DNA of 64,000 nt from Sulfuricurvum sp. GTDB lineage: Bacteria; Campylobacterota; Campylobacteria; Campylobacterales; Sulfurimonadaceae. Shown piece after piece: positions 30,661-40,351 of this stretch (position 1 is the first letter of the stretch; the number at the start of each line of letters is the position of its first letter). The stretch is taken from contig JAUYUB010000004.1 of the NCBI GenBank assembly GCA_030692765.1, positions 55,391 through 119,390 of the forward strand, in the 5' to 3' direction. The notes beneath the pieces are model-generated. The model was not told the origin of the DNA. It saw nothing but the letters and a program-made list of their open reading frames with translations, and did not search any database. The position numbers were made by a program, and so were the translations under genes.

Positions 30661-31677
30661 CTAATCTATCCACTCTCGCTTCAAATCCTTATCCAAGCAC
30701 GCCAAGATTTCATATCCTATCGTCCCAACCGCTTTTGCATACTCATTGGCATCATTAAAAATCAACAGCTCATCCGTATCGGTTGAAAATGCGGCACTGT
30801 CCATGGAAATACGACCGCGCAAAGCAATCCCATCAGGAGTCACGTATCGATTTGATGCCAAACGATCTAAGCCATTAGCATACCCCAAATCATAGGTCGA
30901 TACGACCTCATCACATGGTGCTTCATAAATACCGTTATACCCTACTCTTTGCCCTGCCTTGAGGGTACGTGTGACGATTTTATTGCCTACCAAAGAAAGT
31001 ACCGGTTTTAATGCAGGCTGCGGAAGCGTAGCATCCATCTGCAAACATCCATACAGTGCTATCCCGATACGAACCATCTCATCTTCACACTGCAATGAGC
31101 GAAAAGTACCTGCTGAGTTGGAGATATGAAAACGGATGCTCCATCCCTCTTTTTTCGCTAATTTCACTGCTTTTTCTTTCAGGCCATCAAATACCTTGCG
31201 CTGCCAAAACCACTCTGAGCTAAGTGTATCCGCACTCTTAAAATGGCTCATAATACCGACACACTCAAGCCCCTGCTGTGACATGTGCTTGAACGCTTTT
31301 TCCAAATCATCGATCGCAATCCCGTGACGGTGCATTCCCGTATCGATTTTGAGTTCAACACACGTCCCTTTTGGAAACTTCTCAATGGATTCAAGGGTAT
31401 TGATGACATAGCGAAAACTACTATTTCTCTCACTCGGAAAATCAGCCAAAATCAAAACAGTTTCAAAATATTGTGCAATTTCAAGTGCTTCGGATTCTAA
31501 GCGAACCACCGCTTGGGTAATCCCATATTGGGATACTGCTTGAGCAATTAAAACAGCCCCATGAGCATACGCATTGTCTTTTAAGACCACAGCTATTTTA
31601 TCTTTTGCACCAACTTGCTGTGCGATAATGTCAAGATTAGAATAAAGCGCCTCACGGCTTAATTTTATAGTTCCCAT
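30661..31677 (-). CDS. alr: Alanine racemase
   Basis: VLKDNAYAHG (PLP Lys), KIDTGMHRHG, GYANG, GRISMD. Confidence 0.93.
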   Translation of the reverse strand: MGTIKLSREALYSNLDIIAQQVGAKDKIAVVLKDNAYAHGAVLIAQAVSQYGITQAVVRLESEALEIAQYFETVLILADFPSERNSSFRYVINTLESIEKFPKGTCVELKIDTGMHRHGIAIDDLEKAFKHMSQQGLECVGIMSHFKSADTLSSEWFWQRKVFDGLKEKAVKLAKKEGWSIRFHISNSAGTFRSLQCEDEMVRIGIALYGCLQMDATLPQPALKPVLSLVGNKIVTRTLKAGQRVGYNGIYEAPCDEVVSTYDLGYANGLDRLASNRYVTPDGIALRGRISMDSAAFSTDTDELLIFNDANEYAKAVGTIGYEILACLDKDLKREWID

Positions 31678-31704
31678 TTAAATATTATATTGTAAGGTCA
31701 CTTA

Positions 31705-32718
31705 ATGCGCTACTTTCCTGCCGAATTCGAACCTCAAAGTTTTGTTCAACTCATCTTTCCTCATCCTCAAAGCGACTGGGCACCCTATCTCGAAGAAGCA
31801 CGAGTAGTCTTCGTTAATATTGCCAATGCGGTAGCCAAATACCAGCCTTGTTTAATCATCTGTGATGATGTTGATGTGGTTAAAAAATATTTTACCGATC
31901 ACACAGATTTGATTTTCATCCCTTATCAAACTGATGATACCTGGGCACGTGATTGCAGTGTTTTGAGCGTCATTGATGAGGATGAAGACGAAGCCCTGTT
32001 GCTTGACTTTACCTTTACCGGATGGGGCGGAAAATTTGACGCCTCACGCGATAATGCGATGAGCTCTGCCATTGCCAAAGCCTATGGTGCCCCTATGCAA
32101 AAAATTGATCTTATTTTAGAAGGTGGCGGTGTTGAGTCCAATGGTAACGGATCACTATTGACGACCGCAGAGTGTCTGCTCAATCCCAATCGCAATCCAC
32201 AAATGAATAAAAAACAAACCGAAGCGATGCTCAAAAAAGAGTTTGGCGTAGAACAAATACTATGGCTCCATCACGGCTATCTCGCAGGCGATGATACCGA
32301 CAGCCACATCGATACCTTGGCGCGCTTTATTGACATCGATACGATCATGTATGTCAAATGTGACGATAAAGAGGATGAGCATTACGAAGCACTCAAAAAA
32401 ATGGAAAAAGAACTTCAATCACTTCGCGATATCGAGGGAGAACCGTTTGAACTCATCGCACTGCCAATGTGTTCGCCTATCTTTTACGATGGTGAACGTC
32501 TTCCAGCAACCTATGCCAACTTTTTGATCATTAACGATGCGGTCTTGCTACCTGTGTATAACGATATTCATGATGCACAAGCGATCGCAATTTGTGAAAA
32601 AGCATTTCACGGACGGGACATCATCCCTATTGACTGCTCCGTACTTATCCGTCAGCATGGCTCACTGCACTGCGTTACGATGCAGTTTCCAGAAGAGGTC
32701 TCACTAAGAGCTTATTAA
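31705..32718 (+). CDS. Agmatine deiminase / peptidylarginine deiminase family
   Basis: FPAEFEPQ, WARD, LEGGG, DTDSHID, GSLHCVT. Confidence 0.93.
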   Translation: MRYFPAEFEPQSFVQLIFPHPQSDWAPYLEEARVVFVNIANAVAKYQPCLIICDDVDVVKKYFTDHTDLIFIPYQTDDTWARDCSVLSVIDEDEDEALLLDFTFTGWGGKFDASRDNAMSSAIAKAYGAPMQKIDLILEGGGVESNGNGSLLTTAECLLNPNRNPQMNKKQTEAMLKKEFGVEQILWLHHGYLAGDDTDSHIDTLARFIDIDTIMYVKCDDKEDEHYEALKKMEKELQSLRDIEGEPFELIALPMCSPIFYDGERLPATYANFLIINDAVLLPVYNDIHDAQAIAICEKAFHGRDIIPIDCSVLIRQHGSLHCVTMQFPEEVSLRAY

Positions 32719-32789
32719 AAAGCCTTCCTTAACACTAATGTAACACTTCTTTTATAGTATTCTTATATATCTATAGAAGGAATACTAAT

Positions 32790-34796
32790 ATGAATAAATT
32801 CTCTCTCCTATCATTGGCCGCCATTGCAGCACTCGCCTCTGAGCCAGTAGCCATTCAAAAGATCACCGTAGAAGCCTCAGCACCTAAAACAGATAATAAA
32901 AACGTTGAAGCCGATGAAATGGTAAAATTTTCCCGTCAAAGCGATTTAGGGGAAATGCTCTCCAACACTCTGCCTGAAATCACCCATGTCCGCAACAGTG
33001 CCGTAGGTAACGACATCATCCTTCGCGGCTTCCGTAAAGACAATCTCGTTATCACCATCGATGATGCAAAAGTATGCGGCGCATGTCCTAACACGATGGA
33101 CCCTCCATCTATGCACATCTCTTCGGCTCAAATTTCTTCCGTAGAAGTTCAAGAGGGTCCGTTTGACGTAACCCAGTTCGGTAGTCTCGGTGGAAAAATC
33201 AATGTGGTTACCAAAGCCCCCGAAAAAGGGATGCATGGAGAAGTCTCCGCAACCTTGGGAAGTTTTGATTACCGTAAACTTTCCACAACAGTAGAAGGCG
33301 GCAATGATAACGTACAAGCACTTCTCGGTTTTAGTCGTGAAACAAGCGGACAGTATAAAGATGGGGAAGGACGAACACTAAGTGAACAGACAAATGCCCT
33401 TTTACCAACCGCTCCAGCTCTACATCCACAAGAATACAAAGCTGCTAATTCAGATATGAATGCATATGATCGCAACAATTTTTGGGCCAAGATTGTGGGC
33501 AACATTTCTAATAATCAAAAACTTACCCTGAGCTACTTTGGTGACCGTGCTGATAATGTTCTTTATCCACGTTATCGAATGGATGCACAAGTTGATAACA
33601 CCGATATGTTCAATCTCAAATACCAACTTAGCAATCTCTCTGATTTTTCTGATGAACTTAAAGTTGAAGCCTATCATTCAAAAGTAACCCACGTTATGGG
33701 TACCGATTTTAGAGCAGGTGCCACTACTGTCAACAATACAATGGTTGCTCCCGTTGATGCAACCATCCAAGGTGCATCACTTGAAAATACATTGAATGTC
33801 GCTGGAACAAAAGTTTCAGTAGGAATGAATGGAAGTGTTCGTAATTGGAATGGGACAAGTGGAGCAAAAATTAATCCTACAACAAAAGTCTTACTCCCAG
33901 ATGTCGATACCAAAAATATCGCGCTCTATGCCAAAGCACTTAAAAGAGTGGGAAATTATGATTTAAGTGGAGGAATTCGTTATGACGACACATCCATAAA
34001 TGCCGATCAAACACTTATGCCTACAGCCATAGATAAAAAGTATAACAATCTCAGCGCTAACGTACTTGCAAAATACAATTACACACTTAACACAAATGTT
34101 TTTATGGGTATTGGACAGTCTGTTCGTGTCCCTGATGCCAGAGAGCTTTATTGGCCAACGGCAGCAGGAAAACATGACAATCTAAACGAAGTAAAAAATC
34201 GCGAAATCGATTTAGGAGTTGAACATACTATCGGAAACATCCATATTAAAGGAACAGCATTTTACAGTGATCTAGAAGATTACCTTTATACCTATAAATC
34301 TGGAGCCAATCTCTCATGGAAGAATATTGATGCACGTATTGTTGGATTCGATCTTCAAAGTGATATTGCTCTTAATAATGAATGGCGTATCGATACAGCA
34401 ATGGCCTATCAAAAAGGAACTAAAAAAGACCCTTCACAGCTTGGTCAAACCGATAAAGATTTAGCTGAAATTCCGCCGATGAAAGGACGCGCTGCTTTGG
34501 TATTTGACAATACTGCACACTATGCTGCGGCAGAGTGGATTGGTGCTTCAAGTCAAACAATCGATTCTAATAATGGCGAAAAAGAGATCGGCGGGTATGG
34601 TATCGTAAACTTCAAATACGGTGCACAGCTTGGCAATGGTTTCTCACTGTCTACGGGGATTAATAACTTTTTTAATCGTACCTATGCTGTAAGTAACAGC
34701 TATGTAGGAAATGAATTTATAGCTGATGGAGGCGTTCCTCTCGTTCTCAACGAACCAGGACGTAACTTTTACGCAACGCTTAGCTACAAATTCTAA
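32790..34796 (+). CDS. TonB-dependent receptor, OprC/NosA (copper) type
   Basis: Signal peptide, plug motif GACPNTMDPP (CxxxM), C-terminal NEPGRNFYATLSYKF. Confidence 0.9.
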   Translation: MNKFSLLSLAAIAALASEPVAIQKITVEASAPKTDNKNVEADEMVKFSRQSDLGEMLSNTLPEITHVRNSAVGNDIILRGFRKDNLVITIDDAKVCGACPNTMDPPSMHISSAQISSVEVQEGPFDVTQFGSLGGKINVVTKAPEKGMHGEVSATLGSFDYRKLSTTVEGGNDNVQALLGFSRETSGQYKDGEGRTLSEQTNALLPTAPALHPQEYKAANSDMNAYDRNNFWAKIVGNISNNQKLTLSYFGDRADNVLYPRYRMDAQVDNTDMFNLKYQLSNLSDFSDELKVEAYHSKVTHVMGTDFRAGATTVNNTMVAPVDATIQGASLENTLNVAGTKVSVGMNGSVRNWNGTSGAKINPTTKVLLPDVDTKNIALYAKALKRVGNYDLSGGIRYDDTSINADQTLMPTAIDKKYNNLSANVLAKYNYTLNTNVFMGIGQSVRVPDARELYWPTAAGKHDNLNEVKNREIDLGVEHTIGNIHIKGTAFYSDLEDYLYTYKSGANLSWKNIDARIVGFDLQSDIALNNEWRIDTAMAYQKGTKKDPSQLGQTDKDLAEIPPMKGRAALVFDNTAHYAAAEWIGASSQTIDSNNGEKEIGGYGIVNFKYGAQLGNGFSLSTGINNFFNRTYAVSNSYVGNEFIADGGVPLVLNEPGRNFYATLSYKF

Positions 34797-34797
34797 A

Positions 34798-34817
34798 TTT
34801 CTTCCCCCTCGGGGAAA
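34798..34817. terminator. Hairpin between the convergent TonB receptor and M23 genes
   Basis: TTCCCC-CTC-GGGGAA. Confidence 0.55.
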
Positions 34818-34827
34818 CCCGAACTGC

Positions 34828-36021
34828 TTAAAACGCTTTCACTTTAAACGTCTCTTTATCCACATAATACGTATCTTGAAAGTCTGATATTGTACGTTTT
34901 AACGGTTTCGTGCGCATTTGTTCATTAAATATTTTATCGAGCTTGCTACGAATAGCAACAAATTGACGATGTTCTTTACCCGTAAAGCCTTCCGTTTTTT
35001 TCTTCATAACGCTCAAAGGATTGATCGGTGTGCCTCCATCGTACATCCCGAAATGCAAATGCGGTCCAGAAGACAATCCTGTTGACCCTACATAACCTAT
35101 GAGTTCCCCTTGTTTCACTTTTAAACCAGAATGAATCCCTTTCTTAAACCCTTTTTGATGCGCATACAAGCTTACCATTCCATTGGAATGACGAATCTTA
35201 ATCGTTTTTCCATACCCATTAGAATATCCACAGAAAGAGACTCTTCCCTCTCCGGTAGCCAAAATTTGTGTTCCAGAACGGGCACCAAAATCAACCCCAA
35301 CATGAGCACGATAACGATGCAATACAGGATGAAAGCGCCTTTTTGTAAAGCCAGAAGTTATACGCGCATTACGAATCGGCAGTTTAAAAATAAACTTTTC
35401 AAACTGTGCCCCTTTGGCATCATAATAGCGCCCGTCCGTATGTTTATAAACGGCGTAACGTTTACCTGCAATTTCGATCATCGCCCCCGATACTTCTGGC
35501 ATCGAAAAGTATTTTCCCAAACGGTATTTTTGCTCATAAACAATCACCAAAGGATTACCCGGCTTAATGTCTTTCTTGAAATTAACTCGACCTTTGAACA
35601 TTTTTACAAAACGTGATGCCAGATTGATAGAACCGGTAGCCTTGAGAATATCATCATACGGAGCCGTTTTGATTTGTGCATACAAAACCTCGCGATAGGT
35701 TTTGCTGATGATAGGAACAACCTGAATTTTATAGCGTTTTTGGGGAGTAAGATAAATTTGAAGCTGAAGCTCGTCATTCATGGGGATCAATATTTGTTCA
35801 ATGGTATTTTTATCGCTAACAAGCATCTGACAGTTAGCATGAAAAGGGATATCTTCTGTCAGTTTCTGATCTTCTCTATCAAGCTTATAAAACAGTGCCA
35901 AAGGGAGCTTTTTACGCTCTAAAAAGGTTAAAAAGCTTTCACCGTTATTCCATTTATAAGGCTTTACCGTAGAACCAAATAAAAACAGGGGCAACAATAG
36001 TAATAGTACAAATCGACCCAT
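34828..36021 (-). CDS. M23 family peptidoglycan endopeptidase (Csd3/HdpA-like)
   Basis: HVGVDF (HxxxD), YAHQ, STGLSSGPHLHF (HxH); start uncertain. Confidence 0.9.
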   Translation of the reverse strand: MGRFVLLLLLPLFLFGSTVKPYKWNNGESFLTFLERKKLPLALFYKLDREDQKLTEDIPFHANCQMLVSDKNTIEQILIPMNDELQLQIYLTPQKRYKIQVVPIISKTYREVLYAQIKTAPYDDILKATGSINLASRFVKMFKGRVNFKKDIKPGNPLVIVYEQKYRLGKYFSMPEVSGAMIEIAGKRYAVYKHTDGRYYDAKGAQFEKFIFKLPIRNARITSGFTKRRFHPVLHRYRAHVGVDFGARSGTQILATGEGRVSFCGYSNGYGKTIKIRHSNGMVSLYAHQKGFKKGIHSGLKVKQGELIGYVGSTGLSSGPHLHFGMYDGGTPINPLSVMKKKTEGFTGKEHRQFVAIRSKLDKIFNEQMRTKPLKRTISDFQDTYYVDKETFKVKAF

Positions 36022-36146
36022 CCACATCCCTAAATCACAATTGTGTTTCTCACCAAAACACATATCAATCTAAATGATAGCAAAAATTCTGTTTACAAAG
36101 ACTCTCTTGGCTATAATCTGTGTTATTTACAATCACAAAGGTTACC

Positions 36147-36944
36147 ATGATGCGCATTTTATTTTTATCTCTTTTTTGCATGGGCATGATTCAAGCCTCA
36201 CCTATTTCCACGCCTCTGCTCGATACGAATGAAGATCGAGGAACCATTCAAGCATCCCAATTAAAAGTAGGAATGAGCGGTTTTATCGTCCGCCATTTTG
36301 ATGATAAGCACAGCAGTATCATTGCGAATGCTCGTGTATCTACAATCAATGCCGATACCAATCGTGCCCAAATTGATATTTCACCCTATGATGGTTTACG
36401 CCAAAACTCTTTGCCAAGTGGAAAATGGACAGTAAAAGCCAATGATGAAGTGGTCATGGCGTATGATTATGAGCGGGCATTGTTAATTGCTCCCAATCTT
36501 GACACCTATAATACACTGAGCGGAAGTATTCCTAACGTTGAATGGGTACACCCCGATACCTATGCGACCTATCTCTCTCATGAAGGCCATCCAACCCCTC
36601 TTGTTAAAGATTTCCATCAGTTCTGTACCGCTAATTCAATAGGCTTGCTCTACATCCAAAGTGCAGATACCCTTTTTACTCTTGACTGCAAAAACTTTGC
36701 CCTTCTTGAAACAAGACCTGCCCTTAGTGAGAAAAAAGAGCCTATGACCCCATTTTACACACGCGTTCCTGCAATACGTGCCAACTGGTTCGGAGAGGGA
36801 AGTTCACGCCTCAAAAGTTATGAGCCATACTATCTTGAAGAAATTGCTTTAAAGAATTCAAAAAACAAAGAATTACATACCCTCTACAAAGCAAAATTTA
36901 GTGAAAACAGCGCACTATTGCGTAATTTTAACGTGAAGGAATAA
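36147..36944 (+). CDS. Plasminogen-binding protein PgbA-like secreted protein
   Basis: Signal peptide, VGMSGFIVRHF...IIANA, ALLIAPN pattern of the Campylobacterota PGBA N-domain. Confidence 0.65.
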   Translation: MMRILFLSLFCMGMIQASPISTPLLDTNEDRGTIQASQLKVGMSGFIVRHFDDKHSSIIANARVSTINADTNRAQIDISPYDGLRQNSLPSGKWTVKANDEVVMAYDYERALLIAPNLDTYNTLSGSIPNVEWVHPDTYATYLSHEGHPTPLVKDFHQFCTANSIGLLYIQSADTLFTLDCKNFALLETRPALSEKKEPMTPFYTRVPAIRANWFGEGSSRLKSYEPYYLEEIALKNSKNKELHTLYKAKFSENSALLRNFNVKE

Positions 36945-38332
36945 TGATGCTTCCCTCTGGTGCACTCAACTTTTTTACAGAACTCTTAGGAAAAGAAAAT
37001 GTTTACAGCGACAAAGCTCATTTGATCGCCTATTCGTATGACGCAACCCGCGAACGTTTTGAACCCGATGCCGTTTTATTTCCTCGGCATGAACAAGATG
37101 TCAGTGATATTTTAAAATACTGTAATGAACACCGTATTGTTCTCGTCCCTCGTGGTGCAGGAAGCGGCTTTACCGGTGGTGCGCTACCTTCAAACGGCGG
37201 AATTGTTCTGGGCTTTGAAAAACACATGAACAAAATTTTAGAAATCGATATGCAAAACATGGTAGCCATCGTACAACCAGGTGTTATCAACATGGAACTC
37301 CAACGTGCCGTAGAGGAAGTCGGTCTCTTCTATCCGCCTGATCCTGCCAGCCAAGAATATTCGACTATCGGCGGAAATGTCAATGAAAACGCAGGTGGAA
37401 TGCGCGCTGCAAAATACGGTATTACCAAAGACTACGTCATGGCAATTCGTGCCGTTTTACCAAACGGAGATATTATCAAAGCAGGTAAACGCACCATCAA
37501 AGACGTCGCAGGCTATAACATCGCAGGTATTCTAATCGCATCCGAGGGAACATTGGCAGTGACCACCGAAGTCACTCTTAAACTGCTTTCAAAACCTAAA
37601 ATGACAAAAACTGCCATGGGTATCTTTCCCACCGTTAATGAAGCAATGGAAGCAGTTTATAAAACCATGGCAAGCGGGGTTACCCCTGTTGCCATGGAGT
37701 TTTTGGATAACCTCTCCATCCGTGCCGTTGAGCAAACCTATCACAAAGGGCTTCCAATCGAAGCGGGAGCGATTTTGGTCACCGATGTGGATGGAAACCT
37801 AGAGGATGATCTTGACTTCCAGCTGGGACAAATCAAAAAAGTATTCGAAGAAAACGGATGCAGTGATTTTAAAATTGCCCAGAACAAACAAGAAGCAGCC
37901 GATTTATGGTTCGCGCGCCGTAATGTCAGCCAATGCATCTCAGTGTACGGTTCCAAAAAAATCAACGAAGACGTTACTGTACCGCGCTCAGCCCTGCCTG
38001 AACTGCTCGAAAAATTCTATGCGATAGGTGATAAATACAATATCACCATTCCATGTTTCGGTCATACGGGAGATGGTAATGTCCATACCAATGTGATGGT
38101 TGACGGGAAAGACCCTGAACGAGTCAAAATCGGCTACAAAGCGATTGAAGAAGTTTTTCAAGCCACCATCGATCTAGGCGGTACACTTAGCGGAGAACAT
38201 GGTATTGGTCTGTCTAAAGCTCCGTATATGTCTATGGCATTTACCCCTGAGGAGATGGCGCTATTTCAATCCATTAAACGCGCATTCGATCCCAATAACA
38301 TTTTGAATCCATTCAAGATGGGTCTTCACTAA
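36944..38332 (+). CDS. FAD-linked oxidase (GlcD / D-lactate dehydrogenase-like)
   Basis: PRGAGSGFTGG, YPPDPAS, SEGTL, GHTGDGNVH, GEHGIG, ILNP. Confidence 0.92.
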   Translation: MMLPSGALNFFTELLGKENVYSDKAHLIAYSYDATRERFEPDAVLFPRHEQDVSDILKYCNEHRIVLVPRGAGSGFTGGALPSNGGIVLGFEKHMNKILEIDMQNMVAIVQPGVINMELQRAVEEVGLFYPPDPASQEYSTIGGNVNENAGGMRAAKYGITKDYVMAIRAVLPNGDIIKAGKRTIKDVAGYNIAGILIASEGTLAVTTEVTLKLLSKPKMTKTAMGIFPTVNEAMEAVYKTMASGVTPVAMEFLDNLSIRAVEQTYHKGLPIEAGAILVTDVDGNLEDDLDFQLGQIKKVFEENGCSDFKIAQNKQEAADLWFARRNVSQCISVYGSKKINEDVTVPRSALPELLEKFYAIGDKYNITIPCFGHTGDGNVHTNVMVDGKDPERVKIGYKAIEEVFQATIDLGGTLSGEHGIGLSKAPYMSMAFTPEEMALFQSIKRAFDPNNILNPFKMGLH

Positions 38333-38335
38333 AAG

Positions 38336-39196
38336 ATGAAAATCAAATCAGCGCTCAAACATCTCAAACTCTTTATTTTGATGATGTTTGACCGTGACAT
38401 CACCGTTTACGCTTCCAGTTTGAGTTTTTATACTATCTTTACCGTTGTTCCATTGCTGATCATCTCTTTGAGCCTTATTGCCAACGTTCCAGTCTTTAGT
38501 GAACAATACGGAAAAATCCAGATCTTTATTTTTGACAGTATCATGCCGGTTCAAACAGCAGCGATCGCGGGCTATCTCGAATCGTTTTTCAAAAACTCAG
38601 TTCAGCTGGGAGTTATCGGCTTTACGACGATGGTCGCTTCCTCTTTGTTATTTTTTCAAAACTTTGAACACATTGTCGGAAAAATTTTCAAATCTCCTCA
38701 ACGCGGTGTATGGGAATCCATCACGACGTATTGGACACTTATTACCCTCACCCCAATCGTCTTGATTGCCTCGATGAGTCTTGAAGCATATCTTAAAGCG
38801 CATATAAGTGGGATAGCACTTGAAGCTCTCTCGGTTTTCCCCTTTTTACTGCTGTGGGGGATCTTTTTTCTTGTCTATAAAATCGCTGTAAATGCGGATA
38901 TCTCTCCCAAGGCAGCTGCCATTAGCTCGTTTGTCGTAGCTTTAGTATGGGGAATGGCAAAAAACAGTTTTGTTCAATACGTTTTTTACAACAAAACTTA
39001 CGCAACCATGTACGGTTCATTTTCAGCTCTTATCTTTTTCTTTTTGTGGATATATCTCTCGTGGATTATTGTCATCTATGGGATGAAGTTATGCTATTTG
39101 ATAAACCGCGCCTATGAACGTAGCGCTGCCCAAAATACCCAAAGCCCAAAACGCGAGCTTGAAACGCATAGCGACAATAGCCAGCACAATACTTAA
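38336..39196 (+). CDS. YihY/BrkB family membrane protein
   Basis: ASSLSFYTIFTVVP, YATMYGSF, WIYLSW. Confidence 0.9.
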   Translation: MKIKSALKHLKLFILMMFDRDITVYASSLSFYTIFTVVPLLIISLSLIANVPVFSEQYGKIQIFIFDSIMPVQTAAIAGYLESFFKNSVQLGVIGFTTMVASSLLFFQNFEHIVGKIFKSPQRGVWESITTYWTLITLTPIVLIASMSLEAYLKAHISGIALEALSVFPFLLLWGIFFLVYKIAVNADISPKAAAISSFVVALVWGMAKNSFVQYVFYNKTYATMYGSFSALIFFFLWIYLSWIIVIYGMKLCYLINRAYERSAAQNTQSPKRELETHSDNSQHNT

Positions 39197-40351
39197 AATC
39201 CCGCTGCCCATCGGGATACTCACCGCATGCATATCCCCTGCATTAAACAGCTCCATTAAATAGGGATCAAAAAGATCCCCTAATGGCATCAGATGCAATG
39301 CCAAAACAGCCGGATAATAGAGGTTAAATAATAAAGCCAGCGGAATCGATCCTATGTGCCAAAATCCAAAAGTTCCGAAAATAGCCAGTGAGATAGGTAA
39401 CATCACCAGATAACACCATATATGTAGAGCCAAAAAGATCTGCCAAGTCTTCCAATGTTCGTAATAGCGAACAAAAATAAAAATACTCAACACCCCAAAC
39501 GATGAGAACCAAAATCCAAGCGAAAAAAAGAGCTTCGGGAAAAAGGCGAGTAATAATCCCACAGCGATTAAAAGCGTTTGAAAAGAGACAATCTTTATCC
39601 CCCGATCATACAAAAAGTATCCCACGGCGATCATCCCAAACGATCGTACCATCGGAGGGATAAACTCCAATGCCCATAAATAAAAAAATAACAGTCCTAA
39701 AACGATGAAAAAAAGATCCCGATTGCCATGGCGATACGGAAAATAACGATTCTGAAACCACCGATACGAAGGACGCAAAAAGAAAAAAGCGATGATACTG
39801 AGTATTCCAAAATGGTAACCGCTAATAGAGAGAATATGACTCAACCCCATAGCCCCTACGAGAGTTTGGAATTCCTGGCTCATCGGCGTTGCCACAAAAA
39901 GCGCTCCATAAAGTTCTTTCATCATCTGATCATCGTGAGCTGATGCAATAGAACGATACCAACGCTCTTTGAGACTCAAATGTGGATACACTTCTTGAAT
40001 ACTTCCACGGGAGCGAAACCCTTTTAGATAATCCAGAAAAGTTACTTTCGCTACTTGAAGCTCCACTAAGATTTCTCGTCCGCGCAGATCACGTAAATTT
40101 GGGCTCATAACGCATCGGCACAGCGATCCGTTGTCCAAACGCAATTTCATGGAGGTTTTTGGCTGATCATTGACTAAGCGGACTTCTTGATCGATCACTT
40201 CGGCACGGACTAACGGATCATCAAAATGTTTGAGTTTTGTAAAGTGGAAATATTCTAGCGAAAGAGAAAGAGAGGCGATAAAAAGAAGGAAGAGGATAAA
40301 TAGAGAGCCACTTTTACGATCGAAAAGCTCAATGCTCTCTAATGTAGACAC
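39089..40351 (-). CDS. comEC: ComEC/Rec2 competence membrane protein
   Basis: GLSHILSISGYH, PPMVRS, FSLGFWFS. Confidence 0.88.
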   Translation of the reverse strand: MSTLESIELFDRKSGSLFILFLLFIASLSLSLEYFHFTKLKHFDDPLVRAEVIDQEVRLVNDQPKTSMKLRLDNGSLCRCVMSPNLRDLRGREILVELQVAKVTFLDYLKGFRSRGSIQEVYPHLSLKERWYRSIASAHDDQMMKELYGALFVATPMSQEFQTLVGAMGLSHILSISGYHFGILSIIAFFFLRPSYRWFQNRYFPYRHGNRDLFFIVLGLLFFYLWALEFIPPMVRSFGMIAVGYFLYDRGIKIVSFQTLLIAVGLLLAFFPKLFFSLGFWFSSFGVLSIFIFVRYYEHWKTWQIFLALHIWCYLVMLPISLAIFGTFGFWHIGSIPLALLFNLYYPAVLALHLMPLGDLFDPYLMELFNAGDMHAVSIPMGSGILSIVLAIVAMRFKLAFWALGILGSATFIGAVYQIA

